From positions 1 through 64,000 of the forward strand of contig JAVYVS010000001.1 of assembly GCA_038727515.1 (NCBI GenBank): DNA of 64,000 nt, written 5' to 3'. Under the pieces are notes generated by a model that saw only the letters and a program-made list of their open reading frames with translations, was not told where the DNA came from and searched no databases. Numbering within the stretch: position 1 is the first letter of the stretch; each line of letters begins with the position of its first letter. Shown piece by piece: positions 19,920 through 30,057 of this stretch. A program made the translations under genes and the position numbers. This stretch comes from Candidatus Methanomethylicia archaeon (lineage in GTDB: Archaea > Thermoproteota > Methanomethylicia > Culexarchaeales > Culexarchaeaceae).

Positions 19920-19943
19920 ATTAACATTAGGTTTAATGTTAAT
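19920..19943. promoter_or_regulatory. Perfect 10-bp inverted repeat (ATTAACATTA-GGTT-TAATGTTAAT) in divergent promoter region
   Basis: Read directly; lies between the GT2 and helicase starts. Confidence 0.5.
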
Positions 19944-20049
19944 ATGATTGTATATTTTGATTAGAATACCTTTTTTAGTTAAAATTCTTTTTCCATATGA
20001 ATTGTTTTAATGAAAAGTTAAATTCTACCTTTACCAATCTTTTCTTAGA

Positions 20050-22617
20050 ATGTATTTTAATTGTCCTCGTTGTAGTGGTAAACTTAGATTTCAGAATATT
20101 GATTTTTCCACTAAATACTTTATTTCTTGTGTTAATTGTGGTTTGTCTAGTTTGGTTGAAGCTGGTTTTAAAGATAAATTTTTAGCCTATTATACCTTCA
20201 TAGATAATTTTAAAACTGGTAAAACTTCTGAATTCAAAAATTTAATTCCTGAATTAATATCTTCAGGTTTACTTAGAGATTTAAGTGAAGTTGAAGATAT
20301 GGTTTTAAAGTGTGGTTTAACTATTGATAGACTTCCAAAGGTTGTTAGAGATATAATATTTGGTTTTGATGATTATGTCGCCTTATATAAGTTTATTGAG
20401 CCTCCAAAGGTTGATTATGGATGTTTAATTGATGAGTTGAATATTAACGATATATTGAAGGCTTCTTTAAAGAATATTGGTATTAATAGGCTTTATAGAT
20501 TTCAAGAGGAAGCTATTAAGAGGATTTTGAATGGTGAAGATGTTGTTATTGTTGCACCTACAGGTTCTGGGAAGACTGAAGCTTTTGCTATACCTATAAT
20601 TCAATTAATTGCTTCTAGTAGGGATGAACGTTTCTATCCTCTTATTCCTCAAGGTTCTAAGGTTTTAAGAGCTTTATTTATTTATCCAACCAAGAGTTTG
20701 AGTAGAGATCAATTGCTTAAGCTTAAGCGTTTAGCATCTCCATTGGGTGTTTCCATTAGGATTTTTGATGGTGATACCCCTGAATCCGAGAGGGAAATGA
20801 TTTATAGTGATCCACCAGATATTTTAATGACGAATTTTGATATAATACATTACCATTTATCGCATAAAACTCCACTTTCCATTCACCTTAGAAATGTTAG
20901 GTATGTTGTTGTTGATGAACTTCATAGTTATATTGGAGCTTTTGGAGCTAATGTTTATTGGATTTTGAAGAGGCTTCAGAGGGTTTGTGGTAAATTACAG
21001 TTTATTGGTTGTTCTGCAACTATATCTAATCCAAGTGAATTTGCTAGAAGTTTGTTTGATAGGAATGTTAGTGTTATTGAAGGTTCTGGTAAGAGGGGTG
21101 GTATACATTTTATAATGCTATATCCATCTTTAAAGCCTTATTATGTTGCTGTGGCTGATATTGTTTCAAAGATGGTTAAATATGGTTATAAAACTATTAT
21201 TTTCTCAAATAGTCATATAGAAGCTGAAGTTGTTAAACAAGTTTTAGATGATAGGAAAGTTAAATGTTATGTTCATAGAGCTGGTCTTCCAAGGGAGTAT
21301 AGATTGAAGGTGGAAAGGGAATTCAGAGATGGTAGAATACTAGCTGTTTCTTCTACTCCTACATTAGAGCTTGGTATTGATATTGGAGACCTTGATTGTG
21401 TAATTACTTCCCCCATAGGTTTATCTAGATTTATGCATAGAATTGGGAGAGCTGGTAGAAGGGGTCAAGAGGCTATTGCCATATTAATGCTTAGAAATGA
21501 AGATCCTATAAGTGCTTATTATAAGAAGAATCCTGAGAAATATTTAACTTATATTGAACCAATATATGTTGAACCTAGAAATCCAGTGGTAGCTAGATAT
21601 CAATTAATTGCTTCATGTATGGATAAACCAGTATCAATAGATGAATTTCAAGATTTTGAAGATGTCATTAAACAGCTTATTTCAGAGGGGTTATTATCAG
21701 TTAGAGGTAAAAAGCTTTATGTGAGTTCTGATGCTAAGAAGCTTTTAAAGAGGTATAATATTAGAGGTGCTGGTGGAAGGGTTGACATATATTTTGATGG
21801 TAAAATTATTGGTGAAAGAGAGCTTCCAATGGCTTTAAGTGAATTATTCCCTGGGGCTGTGTATTTACATGCAGGTCGAAAGTTTAAATCTAAATTTTTC
21901 AAGTTTACTGGTAAGTTTTATGGATATGTTGAACTTGAAAAACTTCCAGACGACTTTCAATATAAAACTGATGCTAGGAGGAATGCTTATCCAGAGATTC
22001 TAGAAATTGTGGAAGCTGGTGGTGCATATGGTGTTGAAGCATTATACTGTAAACTTAGGATTAAAGAGATTGTAGATGGATATTATTTAAAGGATATTTT
22101 CAGTGGTGAAGTTATTGGTGAATATAGTTTAGAAGAACCTTTAGAGTATAGTTATGAAACTTATGGATTTATTTTTAGAGCTCCTACACCTATAAAAGTT
22201 TTTGATAATTTAAGAGATCCATTTGAAGCTTTATCTGGATCTTTCCATGCATTAGAACATGTTTTAATTGAGAGTAGCGATATATTTACTGGTAGCGGTT
22301 CTAGGGAGATTGGCGGAGTATCTATGGGTGATTCTGGAGTAATATTTGTGTATGATGGTAGTCTTGGAGGCTCTGGATTATCACTACTCCTATTTAGAAA
22401 TCTAAAAGATGCTTTTCTAAAATCCTATGAGATCATTAGAAATTGCGATTGCAAGAATTTAGATGGATGTCCAAATTGCACATACTCCTATAAATGTGGG
22501 AATAATAATAAACCATTAAATAAGATTGGAGCTATGGAAATCTTAGAATTAATATTGAGTAATGTTGAAACTAAAGTTCATTATTATGATTATTCCAAGT
22601 TTAAACCAATAATATAA
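20050..22617 (+). CDS. SF2 DEAH helicase with C-terminal DUF1998 Zn domain (Hrq1/SftH/MrfA-like) and N-terminal Zn ribbon
   Basis: APTGSGKT, DELH, SAT, TLELGIDIG, HRIGRAGR; HALEH and CDC...GCPNC...C at the C-terminus; CPRC/CVNC at the N-terminus. Confidence 0.93.
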   Translation: MYFNCPRCSGKLRFQNIDFSTKYFISCVNCGLSSLVEAGFKDKFLAYYTFIDNFKTGKTSEFKNLIPELISSGLLRDLSEVEDMVLKCGLTIDRLPKVVRDIIFGFDDYVALYKFIEPPKVDYGCLIDELNINDILKASLKNIGINRLYRFQEEAIKRILNGEDVVIVAPTGSGKTEAFAIPIIQLIASSRDERFYPLIPQGSKVLRALFIYPTKSLSRDQLLKLKRLASPLGVSIRIFDGDTPESEREMIYSDPPDILMTNFDIIHYHLSHKTPLSIHLRNVRYVVVDELHSYIGAFGANVYWILKRLQRVCGKLQFIGCSATISNPSEFARSLFDRNVSVIEGSGKRGGIHFIMLYPSLKPYYVAVADIVSKMVKYGYKTIIFSNSHIEAEVVKQVLDDRKVKCYVHRAGLPREYRLKVEREFRDGRILAVSSTPTLELGIDIGDLDCVITSPIGLSRFMHRIGRAGRRGQEAIAILMLRNEDPISAYYKKNPEKYLTYIEPIYVEPRNPVVARYQLIASCMDKPVSIDEFQDFEDVIKQLISEGLLSVRGKKLYVSSDAKKLLKRYNIRGAGGRVDIYFDGKIIGERELPMALSELFPGAVYLHAGRKFKSKFFKFTGKFYGYVELEKLPDDFQYKTDARRNAYPEILEIVEAGGAYGVEALYCKLRIKEIVDGYYLKDIFSGEVIGEYSLEEPLEYSYETYGFIFRAPTPIKVFDNLRDPFEALSGSFHALEHVLIESSDIFTGSGSREIGGVSMGDSGVIFVYDGSLGGSGLSLLLFRNLKDAFLKSYEIIRNCDCKNLDGCPNCTYSYKCGNNNKPLNKIGAMEILELILSNVETKVHYYDYSKFKPII

Positions 22618-22645
22618 AAAAATAAATAAAAAATTTGTTTTTATT

Positions 22646-22816
22646 TTACTTTAATTTAAGTTTTCCATCAGGAGTTCTCTCTACAGTTCCTGCTTTAACT
22701 AATCTTGTTACTTGTCCCTTAACAACTCCTGGTTTAGCTCCTGTGGCTGTTATTAATTCCTCCACAGTTTTTGGTCCAGTTTTTAAAGTTTCCAATATCT
22801 TTTCTTTTACAGACAT
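22646..22816 (-). CDS. 56-aa basic winged-helix DNA-binding protein (absent from ORF track)
   Basis: MSVKEKILETLKTGPKTVEELITATGAKPGVVKGQVTRLVKAGTVERTPDGKLKLK; GAGGGG SD, upstream GATAAAAATTTATATA promoter, downstream T-rich tract. Confidence 0.88.
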   Translation of the reverse strand: MSVKEKILETLKTGPKTVEELITATGAKPGVVKGQVTRLVKAGTVERTPDGKLKLK

Positions 22817-23027
22817 TTTTGGCCCCTCAATATTGGATAGTGAAAGTCGAGATATATAAATTTTTATCTTTTAATCAATAACTTTTCATTTTAAATCTTA
22901 AATTAACAAAAAATGTGCATTTTACTTTTTTAGAGTTAATCTTGTATATACATTGAATTTAACGATACTTTTAAATAATTTTATGGAAAATTTAGAGATG
23001 TACGTAACTTTATTAATTGGTGGTTGA

Positions 23028-23864
23028 ATGAGTGAGGGTTTGTATAGCTTTAAAATACCTCATTCTTTGAAGATAGTTTTAACTTCTCTTTGTGCAGTAC
23101 TTTATGCAATTGGCTCTTATTTTACTGCTTATATTCAATCTCCATGGGGTATGGGTCAATTTCGTCCAGCAGTTGTTATACCAGCATTATTTGCTACTTT
23201 ATTTGGACCTTGGGTTGCTGGTGTTGGAGCTGCTATTGGAACTTTAATTTGTGATTCCATTAAGCATGGAACTTTATACCTTGGTAGTTTAATTGCTGCT
23301 GTTCCTGGTAATTTTATTGGTTTCTTTATTTTTGGATATATTGTTTGGAGGAAGTTTAGTTGGGAGAGATTTATATTAGCTTCAAATTTAACGCTTATAA
23401 TTGGAAATGTTATTACTGCCTTCCTCTATGTATTTGTATATAAGTTTTTATTTGCACAAGCTCTTAAAATGCCCTTTGAATCTCTCGCACTACTATCTTT
23501 AGGATTAACCCTCTTTTGGTTTATAACTATGCTTCCATTCATTCTCCTTATAACTCCACCATTGATACGTACTATTTCCATAACTTTTCCAAGTATGGTT
23601 CCACCAGAAGTTAGATCTATATCTATTAAGGAAACTCTTCCGAAAAAGAGCTTCGGTTTATCTCTACTCTTTTCAGGGCTTCTATCATTGTTTATTGGTC
23701 TACTTATATCATTTTCACCATTTGGAGCTTATTTAGCAATTAATTTTAGAAGTTACTTCCCTCCATTGGTTATGGACCTATTTCAATTACTCTTATACCT
23801 ATGTGGATTTATACTTTCAATTTTAGGTTTTAGTGTTTTAAGCTTTAATATCTTTAGACGTTAA
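23028..23864 (+). CDS. Membrane protein, ECF S-component/QueT-like
   Basis: QFRPAVVIPALFATLFGPWVAGVGAAIGTLICD pattern; multi-TM. Confidence 0.65.
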   Translation: MSEGLYSFKIPHSLKIVLTSLCAVLYAIGSYFTAYIQSPWGMGQFRPAVVIPALFATLFGPWVAGVGAAIGTLICDSIKHGTLYLGSLIAAVPGNFIGFFIFGYIVWRKFSWERFILASNLTLIIGNVITAFLYVFVYKFLFAQALKMPFESLALLSLGLTLFWFITMLPFILLITPPLIRTISITFPSMVPPEVRSISIKETLPKKSFGLSLLFSGLLSLFIGLLISFSPFGAYLAINFRSYFPPLVMDLFQLLLYLCGFILSILGFSVLSFNIFRR

Positions 23865-24507
23865 TCTCATGTTTAACTATTTTATCAATTAGTATTCTCA
23901 TCTTTTCCTTTGCATTTCCTATTATTGGTTTCCCATGGCTTGGTAATAGAATTTCAAAATCTAATGTTTCATAAACCTTTTTAATTGATCTCCTGTTTCC
24001 AATAGGGTCTAGTGAGTATTGTATTGGTATTTCATTTAGATTGTCATTTTCATTTTCCACTAGATCTCCTATGAATATTGCTTTATCCATTTGATGATAT
24101 AAACATATGCTTCCTGGGGTATGTCCAGGTGTATGTATAACCATTAAATCATCTATCATATCTTTATCTTTAACCTCTAGATCTACATTTACTGTTTCTA
24201 CTTCCATTATCCTTCTAATCCTCTTTTTTCCATTTATGTATGGTGCTTCTTCTATATGTGCTATAACCCTTGTTTTAAGTTTATTCTTTAATTTTGCGAG
24301 ACATCCCATATGGTCAAAGTGGTGATGTGTAACTATTATTCCCCTGCATTTATTCAGATCAAAATTGTTTTCATTCAAATATTTCAATATTTTTGCATCG
24401 TTTTCAGGTGCACCTGCATCTATTAATAAATATCCATTTCCACTTAGAACTATATATACATTACAGAAGGATTCATCTACTAAGTGTATTCTATCTGTTA
24501 TCTTCAT
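23854..24507 (-). CDS. MBL-fold metallo-hydrolase
   Basis: THHHFDH, HTPGHTPG, GD and PSHG. Confidence 0.93.
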   Translation of the reverse strand: MKITDRIHLVDESFCNVYIVLSGNGYLLIDAGAPENDAKILKYLNENNFDLNKCRGIIVTHHHFDHMGCLAKLKNKLKTRVIAHIEEAPYINGKKRIRRIMEVETVNVDLEVKDKDMIDDLMVIHTPGHTPGSICLYHQMDKAIFIGDLVENENDNLNEIPIQYSLDPIGNRRSIKKVYETLDFEILLPSHGKPIIGNAKEKMRILIDKIVKHEINV

Positions 24508-24555
24508 TTTTCATCCAATTTCCATATAGCTTTAAATAATGTTTAAAATTTTCCA

Positions 24556-25917
24556 TTATATTGGTATTGGAAGTCTTGGCATTCTCATCTTCTCACTTAT
24601 TAACGTCAATTCATCACTCTTCTTCAGTATTACTATTAATGCTATTATTGATGTTAATGCTGATGGTAATTGCATATATTCAGTCGTATGCTTTAGATTT
24701 ATTGTTTGTGTTGATATGGTGAAGCTATATGTTAACATATCATTTGTTATATATACTGCATATCCCTGTATTATTATCAGTTGTGTTTCCATCAATCCTT
24801 CACAATAACTTATAAATCCATCTTCATCGTACACTACATGTATATACTCTATGTTTACTTTTACCGTATATACCCTGCTTATTGTACCTACAATTACTCT
24901 TACTGGTATATTCCTACTTTCATCCCTTATGGTTACTTCAATTCCCTTATTTAATGGATTATATAGTATATTCATTCCTGCCAATCTATTTAATAGTATT
25001 CTCGTTTCATCTACAGCTACATCTCTAATATATGATTCTATGTTTGGTAGTTTTACCGCTGTGTAATCCATGTATTGTTCTCCATCTACATTGTATTTTA
25101 TCATCATTGATTTTATTTCTCCAGTTATTGGATTGATTAAAGCGTATATATTTCCAATTATTAATATTGTTATTAGTATTGTTAATATTGCTTTTGATGT
25201 TCTTCCAATCCCCTCAGTTCTTCTTGGTTCTATGTATCGCATTATTGTGTATATTCCTTCACTCCATTCCTCTTCTTTATGTTTGAATATTAATGGTAGT
25301 ATTGCTATTCCAGCTAGGAATCCACCTGCATGTGCAAATACTGCTGTAGTTCCAGCTATTTTTGCATATCCATATAAGACTTGTGTGGCAAACCAGAATA
25401 TTAAGTAGTATTCTGCTCTTACTCTAAATCTAATTGGAAATGGGAAGAATATGTATGGTGAATACATTGTTAAATAGGTTCCTGGATATAATATGAGGTA
25501 TACACCTAAAACTCCACTTATAGCTCCAGATGCTCCTACTGCAGGTATTATGTATGATGTTAATCCTCCAGTGTAGCTGAAGGCTGTATGGAATATTGAT
25601 GCCATTAATCCTGAAAATAAATATAATGTTATGAATTTCTTACTGGTCATTGATTCTATTACTGGTCTGCCAAATAAATATAGATAGTACATATTGAAGA
25701 ATATATGGAATATATCTGCATGAATGAACATTGATGTTAAAATTCTATAAATATTCCTATAATCTCCAATTAGTGAAGGTATGAATCCAAAAATATTTAT
25801 CCAATAACTACTTGTTTCTATGAAGAAGTTTTCATATGATGTAACTATGTATGCCAATACATTTAGTATTATGATTAAAATTAGGGTTTTCCCCGACCCC
25901 TTCCCTTCTTCAATCAT
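24556..25917 (-). CDS. Rhomboid intramembrane serine protease with long C-terminal extension
   Basis: TSMFIHADIFHIFFNM, GASGAI (catalytic Ser) and AHAGGF (His). Confidence 0.93.
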   Translation of the reverse strand: MIEEGKGSGKTLILIIILNVLAYIVTSYENFFIETSSYWINIFGFIPSLIGDYRNIYRILTSMFIHADIFHIFFNMYYLYLFGRPVIESMTSKKFITLYLFSGLMASIFHTAFSYTGGLTSYIIPAVGASGAISGVLGVYLILYPGTYLTMYSPYIFFPFPIRFRVRAEYYLIFWFATQVLYGYAKIAGTTAVFAHAGGFLAGIAILPLIFKHKEEEWSEGIYTIMRYIEPRRTEGIGRTSKAILTILITILIIGNIYALINPITGEIKSMMIKYNVDGEQYMDYTAVKLPNIESYIRDVAVDETRILLNRLAGMNILYNPLNKGIEVTIRDESRNIPVRVIVGTISRVYTVKVNIEYIHVVYDEDGFISYCEGLMETQLIIIQGYAVYITNDMLTYSFTISTQTINLKHTTEYMQLPSALTSIIALIVILKKSDELTLISEKMRMPRLPIPI

Positions 25918-26024
25918 TAATCATCTCCAAACTATCTTTTTAACAATTAAATTTATTATTTTGCTTTTAGGTTTGTTTTTATTAAGGTTTATTAGTAAGT
26001 ATATTTTGATGTGTGGTGTAATTC

Positions 26025-27311
26025 TTGCCTGAGTTTCTAGACCTATATATTAAGGATATATCTTCAAAAACGCATTTGATTAAGAGTATTTATCATCTCT
26101 CCAGTGATTCTAAGATTAATGAGCTTTTTAAGGATTTATTTGATAAGTATTGGGTTTACTTTCAATTCTCCTATACTTCACTAGATGAATTTAATGTTTT
26201 AGCTGTTGATAGTAGTTCTAGATATCTGAATACTAGTAATGGTGGTTTATTTTATGTTGCTAGAGCTTTAGGTTTATCTAGTTCCCATGAAGTTTATAGG
26301 AGGGTGGATAGTGGATTTGATTATTGTTTTAGTAGTGATTGCAGTGGTATTATTAGTAGATTTATGGAGTGGTTAGAGCATTTAGTTATTATTGATGCTT
26401 TAAATTCTGGTTTTAGGGGATTTATACTTTTAGATGGTTCTCTATATGGTAGATTTTCACATATTCCATTGGAATTAGATTTAACTTGTAATAGAGATTT
26501 TATGATTAAGTATTTTGAAGATTTATTGAATCTTTTGAATTTATCTAAGCGTTTAAATGTTCCAATAATTGGTGTTAGTAAGGGTAGTGTTTCATCCTTT
26601 TTCAGAAATTTCCTAATTGGTATTTTAGCTGTAGATGTTGGAGTTAAATATGGTTATGATGCTCTATGGATTAAAGAACTTTTAAACAAGGTTTTAGATA
26701 GGAAGAGGAGTGCTCTATACATTTTGGATAAACTTCCTGAGGGTTTAAAGGTTATTGTTAAAGAACTTTTAAATAGGAGACCTGATTTCCAATTAATTTT
26801 AAATTTTGCTAAATCCACTGGTTATAGTATGCCTCTATTCCTTAGTCCTCATCCTAGAACTATTAGAGCATTTAAACTTATAGAGAGAAATGCCATTGAA
26901 TTTTTAAAATCTGCTTTCCCATATTCTTCAATCTCCAATGAATTTTTAGATAGGTCTATTGGTGTTATAAAGGGTCTTTTAGATTTACCTGCTATAATTT
27001 CCTTTCATATTCTTCCATCTCTTTCCGATATCCCATTGAAGATAGATATTCCAGCATACTTCTTTGGTTTTGAAGATAAATTCATGGATTTCATATGGCC
27101 TGAAATTATTGATGTTGATTTAAGTAATGTTTTAAATCTATTATCATCTGGTTATTGCGGTCCTGAAAATTATAATATTTGGCTTTCAAATGTTGATGGT
27201 ATGGTTAAACTTAGTAGGAGGGTTTTTGAATCTATATATCTACCGAAGTTTGAAGATATTTTGGGGAGTATAGTTACTTCAAGGGGGTATAGACGTGTTA
27301 GATATCCGTGA
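26025..27311 (+). CDS. nurA: DNA double-strand break repair nuclease NurA
   Basis: LAVDSS, LLDGSL and IGVSK motifs; operonic with herA. Confidence 0.88.
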   Translation: MPEFLDLYIKDISSKTHLIKSIYHLSSDSKINELFKDLFDKYWVYFQFSYTSLDEFNVLAVDSSSRYLNTSNGGLFYVARALGLSSSHEVYRRVDSGFDYCFSSDCSGIISRFMEWLEHLVIIDALNSGFRGFILLDGSLYGRFSHIPLELDLTCNRDFMIKYFEDLLNLLNLSKRLNVPIIGVSKGSVSSFFRNFLIGILAVDVGVKYGYDALWIKELLNKVLDRKRSALYILDKLPEGLKVIVKELLNRRPDFQLILNFAKSTGYSMPLFLSPHPRTIRAFKLIERNAIEFLKSAFPYSSISNEFLDRSIGVIKGLLDLPAIISFHILPSLSDIPLKIDIPAYFFGFEDKFMDFIWPEIIDVDLSNVLNLLSSGYCGPENYNIWLSNVDGMVKLSRRVFESIYLPKFEDILGSIVTSRGYRRVRYP

Positions 27312-28890
27312 ACCATTAGAGAAACTTGGGTATGTTATTGGAGAAGCTAATCCAACACAATTCTATTTTATTGTTGATGAAGGTGTTTATCCCCCTAGAT
27401 GGGAGTATGTTATTGTTAAATCTAGGGAAACTGTTAATGGTAATGAAATTGATGTTATAGTTGTTGCACAAATATATGAAATTTCTTCTTCAAGTTTAGC
27501 TTTAGATTTTTCCAGTAAACCTAGACATGAAGCTGTTGAAAGAATAGTTAAAGCTGGGCTTGTGGATAGGAGGATTATAGCTAAAGCTAGAGTTTTAGGA
27601 TTTCTATATAATGGTGAAGTTCTTCAACCTAGGAGGGCTGTACATCCTGGCAATGATGTTTATAGAGCCCCCTCAAGTATACTTAGAGATTTCTATTCCT
27701 ATCCTGAAAATGAAGGTTTATACATTGGTAATTTAATTAATAGGCTTGATGTTAAAGTTAGTATATCTCTTAAGGGGTTTAGAAGGCATTTAGCGATACT
27801 TGCACAAACTGGTGCTGGTAAGAGTTATGCTGCAGGCGTTCTATTAGAGGAATTATTCAATAAGGGTGCTACTGCAATAGTTCTAGATCCACATGCTGAT
27901 CACGTTTTCCTCTCTAAGAAGAGGACTGGAGGTTTATTCTCTAAGAGAATTACTGTATTTAGAACTCTTGAAAGTACTGGTAGGTATAGTGCTGCTGATA
28001 TTGGTGCAGTTTCAACTTATGAAGTTAAATTTTCTGATTTGAGTGTTGAAGAAATTGCTACTGTTTGTGGTGTTAAGAGTGGTTGGACTAATATTGTTGA
28101 TGCCATTGAGAAATCTATTAATAAACTTAAAAGGGATTTAGGTGATAATTATGGTCTAGATGATTTAATTGATATTCTTGAGTCTTCAGATGATAAATAT
28201 GATAGACAAGCTTTAAAGTATGTTAAACGTCTTCAGAAAATCAAGGTTTTTGGTGATTTAACAACTAGTATTCATAGTATTCTTAAGCCTAAACATATAT
28301 CAATCATAGATTTATCTGGTTTAGATGATGAAGTCGCAGATTATATTGCCTATAGAATTCTTAATGATACTTTTGATACCATTAGATCTCAAAGTTTTCC
28401 TTATCCAGTTTTCATAGTTATTGAAGAAGCTCATAGATTTGTTCCAAGTAGAGATAGTACTCTTTCCAAACATATCATAAAGCGTATTGCTGCTGAAGGG
28501 AGGAAGTTTGGTTTGTTTCTTATAATTATTAGTCAAAGGCCTTCTAAGATTGATCCAGATGTTTTAAGTCAATGTAATAGTCAAATTATTTTGAGGATTA
28601 CCAATCCTGAGGATCAAGATGCTGTTAGGAAAAGTTCTGAGAGGATGAGTGAAGATTTATTGAGGGATCTTCCTGGATTAAATGTCGGTGAAGCTGTTAT
28701 TGTGGGTGAGGTTGTTAAAGCTCCAGTTATGGTTAAAATTAAGTCTAGAGAGACTTTAGAAGGTGGTGCTGATATTGATGTTGTTTTAAAACTTATGGAA
28801 GCTTCAAAGGAAGCTGAAGAATCTGAGAAGATTTTAGAGAAGGAATTGAAGGAGGAGATTAAACGTATTAAGGAGTTTGTTCAGAAGTAA
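27295..28890 (+). CDS. herA: HerA helicase/translocase
   Basis: HAS-barrel N-terminus, RHLAILAQTGAGKS, IEEAH, EGRKFG and SQRP. Confidence 0.95.
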   Translation: MLDIREPLEKLGYVIGEANPTQFYFIVDEGVYPPRWEYVIVKSRETVNGNEIDVIVVAQIYEISSSSLALDFSSKPRHEAVERIVKAGLVDRRIIAKARVLGFLYNGEVLQPRRAVHPGNDVYRAPSSILRDFYSYPENEGLYIGNLINRLDVKVSISLKGFRRHLAILAQTGAGKSYAAGVLLEELFNKGATAIVLDPHADHVFLSKKRTGGLFSKRITVFRTLESTGRYSAADIGAVSTYEVKFSDLSVEEIATVCGVKSGWTNIVDAIEKSINKLKRDLGDNYGLDDLIDILESSDDKYDRQALKYVKRLQKIKVFGDLTTSIHSILKPKHISIIDLSGLDDEVADYIAYRILNDTFDTIRSQSFPYPVFIVIEEAHRFVPSRDSTLSKHIIKRIAAEGRKFGLFLIIISQRPSKIDPDVLSQCNSQIILRITNPEDQDAVRKSSERMSEDLLRDLPGLNVGEAVIVGEVVKAPVMVKIKSRETLEGGADIDVVLKLMEASKEAEESEKILEKELKEEIKRIKEFVQK

Positions 28891-28902
28891 TTGGTGGGAT
28901 CT

Positions 28903-30057
28903 ATGAGATTTGCACATATTTCCGATACTCATCTTGGATATAGGCAGTATAATTTTGATGAGAGGGAAAGTGATTTCTATGAAGTTTTCAATGAAGCTAT
29001 TAACACGATTTTAAAGGAGAGGGTTGACGTAATAATTCATTCTGGAGATTTATTTGATTCTTCAGCTCCATCAATAAAAGCTTTAAAGGTTTTTAAAGAT
29101 TGTATTGAGAAGATAAATGGAAAGGCTAAATTTATTTCTATTCTGGGTGATCATGATACTCCTAAGAGGCGTGGATTATATCCACATAGTTTATTTGATA
29201 ATGTTAAAGTTCTTGGAATTGGAGAACTTGAATACATTGATGTTAATGGTGTTTTGATTGCTGGAATTTCAAATCTTAGGGGTAGGGGTATTGACATTTT
29301 GAGGAGTGAACTTAAAAAGTTTGATCATATCGCTAAAGATTATAGTAAATCTATATTGATTCTTCATCAAGCTATTGATCGATACCTACCGTTTGAAGGT
29401 GCATATGAGCTTAGAGAAGATGAAATTCCTAGGTCTGCATCTTACTATGCATTTGGACATTTACACTTTAGAGTTGTTAATAGATTTGGAAAGGGTTTTC
29501 TAGCATATGCTGGTTCTACTGAAATTGCCAATAAAGGTGAAATTTCATCATGGATTAGTGATGGTAAAGGATTTTATATAGTTGATCTTGATGGTGATGA
29601 ACCAATTATACATAGATTTAATTTAGAAGTTAGACCTCAAATTGATCTTGAATTAAATATTATGAATGATTCTGAAATGATTAAAGCTTTAAAGATATTA
29701 GATGATGGTTTAAGAGGATTATTTAAATTCTCAAGTAAACTTCCAATAGTTCATTTAACTATTAGGTGTAGAGATGTAGATAGACAACGTATAATAAATA
29801 ACGTTAATAAGCATATTAAAGGTAGAGTTCTAGGTTTAAGAGTTAACTTTATTAGTGAATCAACACCCACTTCAATTTCTTCTATTAAAGGTGGAGTGGA
29901 TTATAAGGTTCTATTACGTGAATACCTTAGATCCTGTGGATTAAGTGGTGAAGAGTATTTGAATTTAGCTTTAGAACTTCAAGAACTTCTAGTTAATGAT
30001 GAAATTGAAGAAGCAAAGAAGTTTGTAGAGAAATTCTTTGGGGTTGAAGTTAAATGA
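28903..30057 (+). CDS. mre11: Mre11 nuclease
   Basis: HISDTHLG, GDLFD, GDHD and GHLH; ATG at 28903 after a GGTGG SD. Confidence 0.96.
   Translation: MRFAHISDTHLGYRQYNFDERESDFYEVFNEAINTILKERVDVIIHSGDLFDSSAPSIKALKVFKDCIEKINGKAKFISILGDHDTPKRRGLYPHSLFDNVKVLGIGELEYIDVNGVLIAGISNLRGRGIDILRSELKKFDHIAKDYSKSILILHQAIDRYLPFEGAYELREDEIPRSASYYAFGHLHFRVVNRFGKGFLAYAGSTEIANKGEISSWISDGKGFYIVDLDGDEPIIHRFNLEVRPQIDLELNIMNDSEMIKALKILDDGLRGLFKFSSKLPIVHLTIRCRDVDRQRIINNVNKHIKGRVLGLRVNFISESTPTSISSIKGGVDYKVLLREYLRSCGLSGEEYLNLALELQELLVNDEIEEAKKFVEKFFGVEVK

Noticed and set aside
20050-22617. DUF1998 helicase as part of a DISARM/Druantia-type defence system
   Set aside because: No methylase, PLD nuclease or other partner genes nearby; architecture fits a standalone Hrq1-like repair helicase
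22635-22859. 74-aa + strand ORF
   Set aside because: Antisense shadow of the real minus-strand wHTH gene, which has an SD, promoter and recognisable fold
27295-28890. HerA as an antiviral HerA module
   Set aside because: It sits in the canonical nurA/mre11/rad50 repair operon
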